From Oopsacas minuta (Eukaryota > Animalia > Porifera), in the NCBI GenBank assembly GCA_024704765.1, contig JAKMXF010000336.1, positions 124,001 through 188,000 on the forward strand: a DNA stretch of 64,000 nucleotides, in the 5' to 3' direction. Shown here in pieces: positions 24,498 to 36,569 of the stretch. Below the pieces are notes generated by a model. The model did no database searches, was not told the origin of the DNA, and worked only from the letters and a program-made list of their open reading frames with translations. Every line of letters starts with the position of its first letter. Within the stretch, counting starts at the first letter, position 1. Both the position numbers and the translations under genes were made by a program.

Positions 24498-25358
24498 TTA
24501 AAATATATTGAGAAGACGTAGACCTCCAACACATACTGCAATAACTCTTCCTCTGTTATCTACCGTAATACCAGTAGGATCAGGTATAGATATCTTGTGT
24601 ATCAAATCAAATTGAGAGTTGTATATAGAAATATAGCGAGAAGAAGAGATAATAGAATAATCTGTAATAAGAATATTGTTAGAATTGTCAATATCGAAGA
24701 ATTTGGGATAAATCAGCTGTGATCCATCTCCTCCAGAGATAATTCTCTTATGTAGAATAAGATTGTAGTTGTACAAATGAAGACAAGGATTAGATTGATC
24801 AAGAATATAAATGAATTCTTTTGTAAGTTTAACATCAACAGGGTAGTAGAGGTTATCTTGTCCAAACTGTGTCTTGTAGGTAAGTTCCTTGGACAGTATC
24901 TGAATACGATGATTATCAGAATCACATATGTATACCTCTCCGCTAGATTCATCGAATGTCAGCCCAAGAGGATCAGTAAATTCCAATTCTCCTTTCCCAG
25001 GTTTCCCTATTCTAGAAATAAACTTCCCATTCATTTGATAATTCAGAATACAGTCGTTTCTTTGTGAAATAAGAATTCTATCTCTACATATAGCTAACCC
25101 ATCTGGACCATACATCTTTCCTTCTCCTTCCTCATCTCCAAATTTAAACATTATCTGACCATTACAATCGAATACTTTCACACAATTATTCCAGGAATCT
25201 GCTACATAGATATCTCCAGTAGAAATATCAATAGTCACTCCTCTAGGTCTTCTAAGATTTTCTAGTCCCTTTCCCCATGTACAAACACTGACTATAGGTT
25301 GTATCTTGCTCTTATAGTCTACAGAGAATATTCTCTCTAAAGTATTAGCTGTAGCCAT
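24498..25358 (-). CDS. NHL-repeat propeller protein, copy E
   Basis: Intact ORF from MATANT. Confidence 0.9.
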   Translation of the reverse strand: MATANTLERIFSVDYKSKIQPIVSVCTWGKGLENLRRPRGVTIDISTGDIYVADSWNNCVKVFDCNGQIMFKFGDEEGEGKMYGPDGLAICRDRILISQRNDCILNYQMNGKFISRIGKPGKGELEFTDPLGLTFDESSGEVYICDSDNHRIQILSKELTYKTQFGQDNLYYPVDVKLTKEFIYILDQSNPCLHLYNYNLILHKRIISGGDGSQLIYPKFFDIDNSNNILITDYSIISSSRYISIYNSQFDLIHKISIPDPTGITVDNRGRVIAVCVGGLRLLNIF

Positions 25359-26139
25359 TAGTTCAGTTCTGTAACTAGAATAATGAAACAATTCAAATAA
25401 TATAACTTATCTATTTGACTATAAGTAATGAGCTCTAACTATAAATACAAATCAATACAGAGACCTATACAGAGAGATATCAAATTTATATAATTATAGA
25501 AATTTAAATAGAATACAGTCTACTCCACTATTCTTTGACATTCTCATATTTAGAGAAGTTATTCTCAGGACCCTGGGGTCTTGATAGCAAAATCCAAAGA
25601 TCCTAATGTCCTAGCAATATTTCTGGGATCTCAAGGTTCCAGAGGTACCAAGTCAAAATTTATCCCAGGACCCTATAATTTCTTATGCAAAATTTAACTT
25701 TATTCGAGCCTTTGGCTCGTCGATTCGCGATGAACTCGGCGCATGGCGCCTCGAGCTATTCAACGGGCAAACAAACAGGCAAATAACAATTCATATTTAC
25801 GAATATGGATGTTGTTTACAATATTCAGACTCAGCATCCACTTTAGTTGTTGAAAGTATGATTTGACCCCAATTTCGAAATTTGTGTACTAGAAAACAAC
25901 ATACATTTACATATGATTAATCCAAAAGTGTGAAAATCGGAATTCGCATGTTCGATATATTTAGTGAAGTTTTGTTGAATTCTTAATACTGCCTTTAAAC
26001 ACACGAAAAATATGCTACAATTTCAAATTGCATACCCTAAATCCTTTCCTTGACAACGGATAAACAAACAGACAAACAACAATCTATATTATGAAATCTC
26101 AATGATTATTTGTCTGTTTGTTTGTTTGTTTATTTGTAA

Positions 26140-26265
26140 CGATTGACTGGACTTTCTCTTCTTCACCTGCATAGAGATATTGATGTAGACATCAATGATT
26201 TGATAGATGAGTTTGGACGAATCAATCCAACGAGACTGCAATTGTCTGACATTTTAGCTGATTGA
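26140..26265 (+). mobile_element. hAT transposase C-terminal remnant (paralog of 13858-13983)
   Basis: RLTGLSLLHLHRDIDVDINDLIDEFGRINPTRLQLSDILAD*. Confidence 0.75.
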
Positions 26266-26663
26266 GAAACATTAAAATAGTCATTACTAAGTTTGATTTA
26301 TTATCAAAGTAGAGCTAAATAAATTTCAATGTCAATCCATATTAATTAGTATCCCCAAATACACTCTCGGAACGCTACTCCAGACTGTACTACCCTTAAA
26401 CACATATTACCAATTAACAATTTGAATTACATAACTCTGCGAGTTATTGATATTGTTTAAAGAAATTCAAGAATTTGTACGATAACACATTCCGTAAAAC
26501 ATTCAAATTTCCTCTATCGAATGATATTAATCTCGGTAATATTTTGACAAGTGTGTCAAATTTGTGACTGAAGTAAATATGCAAATTATATCAAATATGC
26601 TGGATCAAATTTCACACATTTGAATTAAACATATCACGAAAATCTGACACAAGAAATTCTGAG

Positions 26664-27250
26664 TCAAAACTGACATAGAATACTATTAACCTCTACAGGC
26701 ATATTTTGCTGCATCCAACGTCCACAGTTTATAATCTGATTCTCCATACGCTGTACATATATCTCGTAAGCTTCAGCCATATTCGTTGAGACAAAAGAAT
26801 CATGTTATCTATTCAGAATCAAACTAGGCAACTGAAATTTATCATAAACAATTCCTTCTCTCAAAAATCAGTAAATACATTCCTGATAAAGTTAATAGGC
26901 TAGGGAAATGCACGCTTTTGTGAGAATATATACAGAAAAGTTTACATATCTTCATCAAGTTTTGTTAAACTTCACACTCGTTCTAGGGAATTGGGTTCTA
27001 GGAACAAGATTGTTCCATAACTAGGAGCTACAGCACTCTCAAACAGTAGAGGCCTACCTTCCCCCTGTATACCTACTAGTTAGCTACACATCAGGAAGCT
27101 ACTTCACAATGATACCAGTATGAATGTCACACTTATCCTCCTTTATGATAATTCATGGGATTATCTAAAGATTTCTTGATATAGGAGGACTAGTTAGTAC
27201 TGCCAGACGGAATATTCCGCGACTGTTCTAATTCACCCTGAAATATACTT
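26664..27250 (-). pseudogene. Epoxide hydrolase-like pseudogene
   Basis: Reverse complement gives ...IINCGRWMQQNMPVEVNSILCQF*; aligns to 12830-13453. Confidence 0.7.
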
Positions 27251-27450
27251 AACGATTAAATATAAGAATGTCAGAGCACAGCAGAATATACTGTATTCTA
27301 TGTAAATTCATATAATTATATAAATTTGATATCTCTCTGTATAGGTCTCTGTATTGATTTGTATTTATAGTTAGAGCTCATTACTTATAGTCAAATAGAT
27401 AAGTTATATTATTTGAATTGTTTCATTATTCTAGTTACAGAACTGAACTA

Positions 27451-28302
27451 ATGGCTACAGCTAATACTTTAGAGAGAATATTCTCTGTAGACTATAAGAG
27501 CAAGATACAACCTATAGTCAATGTTTGTAATTGGGGAAGGGGATTAGAAGATCTTAATAGCCCACAAGGAGTGACTATTGATAATTCTACTGGAGATATC
27601 TATGTAGCAGATTGTGATAATAATTGTGTGAAAGTATTCGATTGTAATGGTCAGATTCTGTTTGAATTTGGAGATGAGGAAGGAGAGGGAAAGATGAATC
27701 GTCCAAATAGGTTAGCTATATGTAGAGATAGAATTCTAATTACAGATCATTGCTGCATTCTCAATTATCAAGTTAATGGGAAATTTACTTCTAGAATTGG
27801 GAAGCCTGGGAAAGGAGAATTGGAATTTTATGATCCTCTTGGGCTGACATTTGATGAATCTAACGGAGAGGTATACATATGTGATTATAATAATCATCGT
27901 ATTCAGATACTGTCCAAAGCACTTACCTACAAGACACAATTTGGACGAGGTAACCTCAGATTTCCTCTTGATGTTAGACTTACAAAAGAATTCATTTATA
28001 TTCTTGATCGATCTAATCCTTGTCTTCATCTGTACAACTATAATCTTATTCTACATAAGAGTATTATTTCTAATCGAGATGTATTACAGCTGAATGGTTT
28101 CAGGTTCTTCTATATTGACAATTCTAACAATATTCTTATTACAAATTATTCTGATACCTCTTCTGGCTCTATTTCTATATTCAACTCTCAATTTGATTTA
28201 ATTCACAAGATACCTATAGCTTATCCTACCGGTATTACAGTAGATAACAGAGGAAGAGTTATTGTGGTTTGTCAAGGATATAAACATTTCCTTACTTTTT
28301 GA
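27451..28302 (+). CDS. NHL-repeat propeller protein, copy F
   Basis: Intact ORF from MATANT; ends 455 bp upstream of the eIF3a ATG. Confidence 0.9.
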   Translation: MATANTLERIFSVDYKSKIQPIVNVCNWGRGLEDLNSPQGVTIDNSTGDIYVADCDNNCVKVFDCNGQILFEFGDEEGEGKMNRPNRLAICRDRILITDHCCILNYQVNGKFTSRIGKPGKGELEFYDPLGLTFDESNGEVYICDYNNHRIQILSKALTYKTQFGRGNLRFPLDVRLTKEFIYILDRSNPCLHLYNYNLILHKSIISNRDVLQLNGFRFFYIDNSNNILITNYSDTSSGSISIFNSQFDLIHKIPIAYPTGITVDNRGRVIVVCQGYKHFLTF

Positions 28303-28756
28303 TAATTTTTCTATTTTATTAGTGTTCATATCTTTGTTTATGTTTCCTTTTGAATAACTTTTTTTTACATTTGGACAAACTATACTCTTCCCATATTATG
28401 TATTATTCCTTGTTGTATTTCACCTCTTATAGAGGATGCCTTCATGTTATAACGACGCCATAAACCCGAACTATCCCTCGATTTCTAGTTTTGCGATTAA
28501 CGTCAATTTGCTATTCTAAAAACTCGGTACGATATTCCACATATTTCAGATATTATTAGTTCCTCTCCTTTAGGGAGATGCACATTAGTGCTTGGCCAAA
28601 AAATGAAATGAGATGTGAGCGCTCCTCATTAAAGCTAAGCTATTTCAAATACAAAGTTGGCTCACGCGCCCCGAATATGTAAGAGAGGTTGCCATCAATT
28701 TAAGTTAAGTTTGACTACTGTACTATACTCGTAATATTCTCTTGAGTTTAGTTCAG

Positions 28757-31700
28757 ATGTCTAAACCTGGGTTTTCTGGTAAACCTGAATCTGCTATAAA
28801 GCGTGCAGATGAGTTCATTGAAGTAGAGAAATACGACGATGCTATCGAAGTTCTATTCGATGTTCTCAGGAATAAACGTCACAGAGATAAAGTGAATGAA
28901 CAGAGTTTAGTGATAATCAAATTCTGTCAGCTTTGTGTTGATCACGGGAAGACTACCTCTGCTAAAGATGGTCTCTATCAATTCCGAATTATCTGTTCTC
29001 AGAATTTGAATTTATTCCATTCTGTAGTGGAGAAATTTCTGAATTATTCAAATGATAAACTAGCTCTGATGCATAGCTCAGCACAGACTAGATCTGCTCA
29101 GGAAAAATCTGTAATGTTAGATCTTGTTGAGATTGTACCGTTTATGATGGTGAGTTAATATCTATTTGTTCCTAGCAAGCTTCATTTACTTGGAGTGGCG
29201 AGGCTATGGTGGCCACGGCGACTATGCCCGAAATTGAAATTATCGCCCCTTCCCAATGATTCGGACTATCAGTAATGAGCTGTTATTGTTTAGTTGTCAC
29301 CCGCAATTTGTGCCTCGGGTTGTGCTGATGCTACGCACGATATACAATATATATATCAGGACTTGAGATAGCGTATTACCTCGAATATTTATTCACCCCC
29401 TGAAGCTCCTATAATGAATGACTGCTTAAAATGAATCGTCATTTCTCCTTTATTTTTATTTATTTTTATTCAGATAAATACACATAATCAAGTACATAGG
29501 ATTATATCGATGTTATTGTGTTTTCAAAATTGAAACTTCCCTCTCAAGGGGGCTTGGAATATCTAATCGCCCCGGATATTATTCGAGGTAATACGATATT
29601 CATGGGATTCTGAATTCATTATCCATCGAATACTACAAAGTACAAAACTCTCCTTAAATTCAACATCCATGGTTCTTCCTATATATTATATTAATATCCT
29701 CTGTAGCCCCTTCCCAATTATGAGTACCATAAACTGGGGCTACTTTGACCCAGTGTGTTTGCTTTAGCCCAAATATTGAAATTTTCTTGCGTATCGAATA
29801 GATATTGTATTTGTATTCGAAATTGTCTATCGATATTTGAAAATTTGTTATAATTTGGCCTGTCATTTTCAGTTATAACACTGAATCTAATCTACTTTCT
29901 TTAAAACTTTGATATTTACCCTAAAGCATACCCAGTAAGCCAAAGTAGCCCCAGACTACGATAAGTATTCTAAACATTAGTTCTGTAAATCTATGAAATG
30001 AGTTTACCCCACTCAAATTCTCGTACTCAACTACTGTTATGAATCTTTATGAAATCACAAATACGCTTCTTATCTAGAAAATTCAATCTTTGGATAATTT
30101 GTGACAGCGTCTAATGTGACTTTTCGATACTCAAAATATTCCTATTATGTCATATTTTGTCAAATATATCAATTTTCTTCCAATACAATGTCGAATTCAT
30201 TTTCAATTGAAAAATATTCGCTTTACTCTGAAAATTCAGAAAATTCGCGTATCGATCACCGAATACATCCGTCGTTCTGGAAATGAGTAATGTTCAATTC
30301 TACTTACAAAAAACTCCCGTTATGTCTAATCTGTTTTAACGAAACTCCCATTAATTGATTCTTTACCCCTTATTGCTTGAAAGTATTTGATTTACTCAGC
30401 TCATAACGAAATGAATCCGGGATACCCTGAACTTCGATATAACTACGTAGAGTTACTGTAATTTTTGCTATTCCATTTAGGTAGATGAATTGGATATAGT
30501 ATACACTCCAGAAGATATAATCTGTCAGTTAGCGAGAACTTCTGGCAGCAGCAAAGATAACTTCTCTCTAATCTCATTCATGCGATTCATTTGGGATAAT
30601 CTTAGAAATATGCTAGACCTAGTTAAGAACAATAAAGATCATGAAAGGTTATATCAAGATATAGCAAAGCGATCGATGGAATTCTGTGCTACATACAGAC
30701 GTAAGGCTGAGTTCAGGAAATTATGTGAAATATTGAGAGGTCATTTAATGCTAATACAAAGACACCAAGAACAGGAAACATCTATAGATTTAACTCTAGT
30801 AGATAGTATACAACGATTGATGGATATCAGATTGGATATTATAGAGACTGCTATCAAGATAGATTCATGTCAAGAGGCATTCAAAGCATTAGAAGAGTGT
30901 CATCATTTGATTGAGCTATCTCGTGCTGCTAGAACTAATCCAAGGTCTCAATTGCTGGCTGGATACTTTGAGAAACAAGCTACAGTGAGTTTAATTTTCA
31001 CTATTTCATTAATACATCGGTTCCAACCCGGTAGCCCATAGTCAGGGGCTCAGGGGCGGTCCCAGGACAAATGCCCCATTTCCTCCACTGCTGCTACCCG
31101 CAGTGGTTCACGGAATGCATCCACATGATCTCATTTTATATTGCAGGCTATGAAATGGGACCCACAGAATATTTTAAATAGTTATAGTCTGGTTACCTCC
31201 TATCTCTTGTTATTTTTACCATGGATGGTGGATTCGTTTACTTGTAGTACCATGGATATTCCTAATCCGTGCTATAGTTGGGAGAGCGACAAGAACCCTC
31301 GTATAATAGCAAATTCGAGTATTATAATTTTTCATTGACATTGAGTGCATTTTTGAATGTATTAGTTCGCTTATTAGCACTGAATTTACGATTTGCTAAA
31401 ATGGCGAACTCCACTGTATATATTTTTTCAATATTCTGACAAGACAAATTACTTTAGTTCAGTAAAATTCTGTATTACTGATACAGTAGACCCTCGCTAT
31501 CCAAACAGGTCTTAATGGCTATACAACTTTTGGAAAAATACTCTAAAATGTTCAAAAATAACTAATTTATTACACATGTTAACAACCGTTTTCTCTTTAG
31601 TACAACTTCCTATAGTATTGTTTTCTAGCTATTTATTTCGATAATCCGAACGCGATATTTCGCATTTGATACAATATAATGTTCGGATTAGCGAGGATGT

Positions 31701-33614
31701 ACTGAGATATACAGTAGAGTCCCCGAATAACGAACAAGTTGGGGATATCGCTTCTGTCCGTATTAGGGAGTTCCCGCTTCCCAGAGACAGCTAAAGTATT
31801 ACACATATGATTGCTAATTCGTTCCGTTCCAGGAGGTTTGTCCGCTTCTCGGAGTGTCCGTTTTGGGAGACTCTACTGACAAGAGTGATTTTTGTACACT
31901 AATCAATATCTTTTAGGTTTACTTGATGGCAAATGATATGGTATTTCATTCTGCTGCACTTGCTTGTGCATATTTAACTTATCGAGAAGATAAACGTTTT
32001 CTTCGTAAAAATCCTGAATTCTTTAAAGATCTTGCTGCAAGAGTTGTTCTAGCTACTCTCTCTACTCCACACACATACCATAGAGATCTGCATTTTAGAT
32101 TCGTAGAAACAGAAGAGAACTTTTATGAAAATGAAAAACAGTTATCTAGCTATTTGTACCTTAACTACATTCCAACTAGAGCAAGCCTTTTGCATCAAAT
32201 AACGAAGAATTCAATACTAGACAACACGCCGAGTTATATTAAAAAAACCTTTCAATTGATGATGTCACCACCGTTAACTAATTTTCCTCAAAAACAAATT
32301 TCTGAAACTCTACAAATTATCGGAAATAATCCGAACTTTTCTGTATATATTCCTTATCTTAAATCCTCATTCGCTATAGAGTTGATTGTTGTTTTATCAA
32401 AGTTCTATGAAAATATTTCGTTTTCAAAGCTGCTCCAGACTATTGATTTTCTAGAACAAGATGAAATCGAATCCTCCCTGATTACAATATTCAAATACCT
32501 TCACTATCATGTTAGAATCGATCATAATACTTCTTGTGTTGAATTCCCATCATCTACAACATTTCCTATCTCTTCCCTACTATCAAATAAAATCATTGAC
32601 TCTTCTGATATGAAACTTTCTCAGTTGAAATTAATACATTCTTCATTCACAAAATGCATAATAAATTCGAATAATAACGAACTGATTCAAGCGTATCAAA
32701 CTCTAAAGAATCACAACAAAGATATATTTCTTAAAGTTGAAGGTAATTTGGGAAATTTTTTTACAAAACGTCGTAAAGATTTGGAAAATTTACAGAGTCA
32801 GCAGGAACAACGGAAAAGACAATTGCCTTTCCAAATAAAAACTGAATCTTCTCCACTTCCTAACCCGAAAGTTGAATTACAAAGTAATCCTGAAAAAACT
32901 TCTGAACAAATTGAAAATATTCCTCGTAATGCAAGTATTGATAATCCTTTAAAAGAAGAATATCGAGAAACGAAAACAGTGAGTCATGTCGTGGAGAAAA
33001 CGCCAGTCGTTGTGAGCAAGACAAAGCCAGAAGAGAAACCGAAAGATCCAAACCGCTACAAACAAAATGAAAAGTCTTTAGACTTCATATTCCGAGCTCA
33101 GAGAGAAAAGGAGATCAGTATTTTAACCGCTAGTAAGAGAGATAAAACACACGAGTTATCTCAAAAATGGGATTTGTCTGAGAAAAATCGAGTTATTATT
33201 GCACGTGATTTGTATTCAGAAAAAATTGCTCTGCGTGATAGAATAAAACCTATATCCGGTGATATTGAATCTCTGAAGAATGAAATTATGGAAAACCGTT
33301 ACAAAACATCTGAAGAAACTCTCAATTTACTTCAATTGTATGATAATGCAAAACAATTGCTGAGAGATGAACGTAAAAAGAAATGGAGAACGGAGCAAAG
33401 ACAAATTCGGAAACGGAATCAGGCAAAACAGGTGAATAAACCTGTTCAAAATCAGACAGAAGATCCTACAGGTAGTCCTAAATTATACAAAAACCCTCCT
33501 TCCAATGCGGATACGTCTCCTGTTCAAAGAAAAAGCACAAAACCAGATAATACATCTGCTTCACCTGGAGTATACGTACCACCTCATCGACAGAAGAAAG
33601 GGAAAGAGCATTAA
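28757..33614 (+). CDS. EIF3A: Eukaryotic translation initiation factor 3 subunit A; exons 28757-29149, 30481-30984, 31917-33614 (~864 aa)
   Basis: KPESAIKRADEFIEV, LCVD..K..AKDGLYQFRIIC, RLYQDIAKRSMEFCATYRRKAEFRKLCEILRGHL, FHSAAL, RVVLATLS match eIF3a. Both introns are GT-AG and phase 0. Confidence 0.92.
29727..29957. mobile_element. MITE (CAGTAAACTGGGGC family) in eIF3a intron 1
   Basis: Aligns over its length to 45558-45793; degenerate TIRs. Confidence 0.8.
31484..31878. mobile_element. Two adjacent CAGT-type MITEs in eIF3a intron 2 (31484-31704 and 31712-31878)
   Basis: Imperfect TIR pairs cagtagaccctcgcta / tagcgaggatgtactg and cagtagagtcccc / gggagactctactg. Related ends at ~6625-6647 and ~54385-54420. 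Confidence 0.7.
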
Positions 33615-34052
33615 CTCGTTTTAGGACAATTTGTTAGGTAAATAAAGGTATATGTTAGTGAATTAGATAGAAGTTTAGTGAATGTTCCTATTGACTACTA
33701 TTAGTTATGTTGTGGTAGCTATTAAATTGTTAGTAAGTTGACACCAGCCTGTAGTTAATAATTGTATATTAGTAGTTCTCCATTTATCATTTTCACAGTA
33801 CAGTAGAACGGGGAAGCTGCATTTGTCAGAATTTTTATGTTGTCAAATGTCAGAATATTCATAGTTGTCTCTTGTCAAAATGGTAGATTGAGAATGTTGT
33901 CTCTTGTCAAAATGGTATATTGAGACTGTTGTCACTTGTCAGAATTGACAAATGAGCTATGCACTCAAATTGAGTGGATATCTTAATGAGAATTATTATT
34001 ATTGAATCTTTGAAATCCCAATATAAATAATTGAGTTTAATAATATTAATAT

Positions 34053-35123
34053 TTAGAATAGAATGGAATTATAAGTAAACATTATAGAAATGAATAAGGC
34101 TTGGCTTATGAGAAGTGAAACGAAAACATATAGGATGGCAATACGAAATGGCAGAGAAGTTATTTGAGTTATAAATGTAGATACAGTAGTTAGACTACCA
34201 CAGAATCCAGTAGCTACTCCATTCAATAGTTCTTTCTTTATTAGCTCAATTTCTATATTGTCTGTATAATAAGCAATTACTATTGAAGTGATTGCTAGTA
34301 TCATCGATCCGATTGAGTTTGCTAGAAAAGTACCCATTGGAAATTCTTTTACACAAATTGATTTAAGCTTGTCGAGAGAACTGAGTTGCCATCGGATATA
34401 TGTACCGATTGAGCCGAACAGCAGAGAGAATAGTATATAATAACTTGACTTATAAATGCATAATCCTATTAAAGTAGCTGTAATCGTTAAGTATCCGACA
34501 ATGACACATGTTGGGAATAGAAAACTTGGAATTTTACATTTTTGAAAATCGAGTTTCTCAAAAAGAGGCGTGCATAGGGTAGAAATATTTTTGCCTAGTG
34601 TTACAGCCGCAATAGGCATTCCAACTCCAAGCAATAACACTGTTACATATCCAACAGTTCGCGAGTAATGTTCTACAGGTTGATTTTGGCTTAAAGTAGT
34701 TTGGTTAATCTGCAGCAGCACTCGAGCAGCTTCTACATTCCATGATGAGAATGTTGTTAATGAACCACAAAATCCTGTTGTTAGAGCTGTATATATTATG
34801 GAGTATTTCCGTTGCATTCTCTCTTTATGCGTTACTAGAACTCCAATAATAGCTGTGCCCAATATTTGTGCCCAAAATGAAGGGAAATGATCAAGTCCAT
34901 CTAAATTTGAGAGTATGATTAGGTAAATACGAGCTGTAACTCCAGCATATGTACATACGCTCAATGCTGCTATAGTCACTGAATGCTGTAGGAAATTGGT
35001 CAAAATATCCATACATTTGTGTTTGTATCCTCCCAGTTTGTTTACATTGGATTCAGAAGTTGATGGGATTGAGCCATAGTTATTTTCGCCTTCAGAACAC
35101 TCTTTTAAGTATGAACCATCCAT
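34053..35123 (-). CDS. FEX: Fluoride exporter FEX (two fused Fluc/CrcB domains), intronless
   Basis: Two signature motifs TTGFCGSLTTFSSW and ATGFCGSLTTVSTF, GTxxR motifs, ~9 hydrophobic segments. Confidence 0.9.
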   Translation of the reverse strand: MDGSYLKECSEGENNYGSIPSTSESNVNKLGGYKHKCMDILTNFLQHSVTIAALSVCTYAGVTARIYLIILSNLDGLDHFPSFWAQILGTAIIGVLVTHKERMQRKYSIIYTALTTGFCGSLTTFSSWNVEAARVLLQINQTTLSQNQPVEHYSRTVGYVTVLLLGVGMPIAAVTLGKNISTLCTPLFEKLDFQKCKIPSFLFPTCVIVGYLTITATLIGLCIYKSSYYILFSLLFGSIGTYIRWQLSSLDKLKSICVKEFPMGTFLANSIGSMILAITSIVIAYYTDNIEIELIKKELLNGVATGFCGSLTTVSTFITQITSLPFRIAILYVFVSLLISQALFISIMFTYNSILF

Positions 35124-36569
35124 ATCAATACCAATCTAAAGCATCAACTTTTCAATTAACTGTTAACTCGTTGACTGTCTTGGAAATTATCCTCAGCGCA
35201 CCTATGGTTTGACCTTGTACTTTTCAGTTTATGAAATTTTGAAGTCAATATTTTCCCAATTTTAACTGTGCCGACTATACTATACTAATGACTACAGTCG
35301 TGCTGTGTTGATATGAGTGTATCATGTGTATATTATATTGTAACAGCAAGACGGTGCACAGCTTATATAATTGAAAATTACTCTGATTTAACTAATAAAT
35401 AATACAAACACAAGCACGTTACTGAACTATTATGGTAACTTAAGCTTCCTAATGATTCTCAAAATACACTCATTTACTATATCACTCTTGAGAAAGGAAA
35501 ATATTAATACAGTAACAAGCAGATGCTTACATCTATTTGTATGTAATCACTAAAATGCTTCTGATAGCTAAAGTGTGGAGTTTATCCTATTTCTCAAGAG
35601 TGTGAGATTTATTGCTATGGGAAAGTATGAGACTCGCTATTACAGCCCTAAAAATATTTATTATTTCGAAGGAATTTTTAGCTGTTCGATTTCTATATTC
35701 TAAATATATGCGTAGAGGTTCCGCTCCAAGTAAGAATGTTCATACTTGGCGCAGCGCAAAGCAGGAATTACTGCATTGTGAAATTTAACGATTGTATTTG
35801 GAAGATATTTTGACAATAATAATTATCCAATTACATCCTGAAAACGGCATGTCTGATACTAATCCAAGCTAAGAGGAAAGAATTCAAATAATTAGGTAAA
35901 TGCACAATACAACAATAAGCATAGGATAATTAACGAATTTGACGGAAATCCTTCTACTCATGCCAATATCGCTTCAACATACACCAACCAACAACCAGAG
36001 GGAAACCTAGCATCTAAACAACTCCCCAACCGTATGTCTGACTCTAATCTAAGGGAAAATATCTCTATTGAAAAAGTCTACGCGGAAATTATACTAGTTG
36101 TTGTGTTCCGAATATATCGATATTAGAAAATATTATTGATATCCTGCAAAATGTCCGAGGGTCTTTGGAATACGAGAATACCTGTGTTTGGATGAATTAT
36201 TAGTTTCCTGATAGGTGACAAGTTTGCAGTTAATCACTAATCACCAATGTATATACGTTCAAAGGTTAACTTAAATTAGCAGTTTGAAATTAATATAATT
36301 TAACTCAAATATTATTCAGGAAATAATCCACAATCTATACAGATGGTTGAACACGACACAACCAGTAAACAACATTATCTGTAATAAGATTGTGTCTCAA
36401 GATCAGAATACATGTAAGAGGTCACACAACACAAACCACTGATAATTATTCTATTTTAATAATTGTGTCAGTTCAGCAGTTTTATATACAAACTATAAAA
36501 TATAGTAAATTTGAAATCAAACAAAACACTAAACAAATTCAAATAAATTCCAACTTTACAACTCTCAAA

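Noticed and set aside
4179-28093. Recurrent 60-100 aa ORFs overlapping or antisense to NHL genes (MKTRIR..., MNLTERY...)
   Set aside because: Shadow frames of the paralogous coding sequence; starts and stops are not conserved.
33862-33945. ~32-bp unit x2.5 (gttgtctcttgtcaaaatggta.attgaga) as a CRISPR-like array
   Set aside because: Head-to-tail with no unique spacers; eukaryotic context; probably transposon subterminal repeats.
35900-36100. Possible pogo/Tigger CENP-B-type HTH remnant (KHRIINEFDGNPSTHANIAS)
   Set aside because: Too short and degenerate; no DDE region or TIR found.
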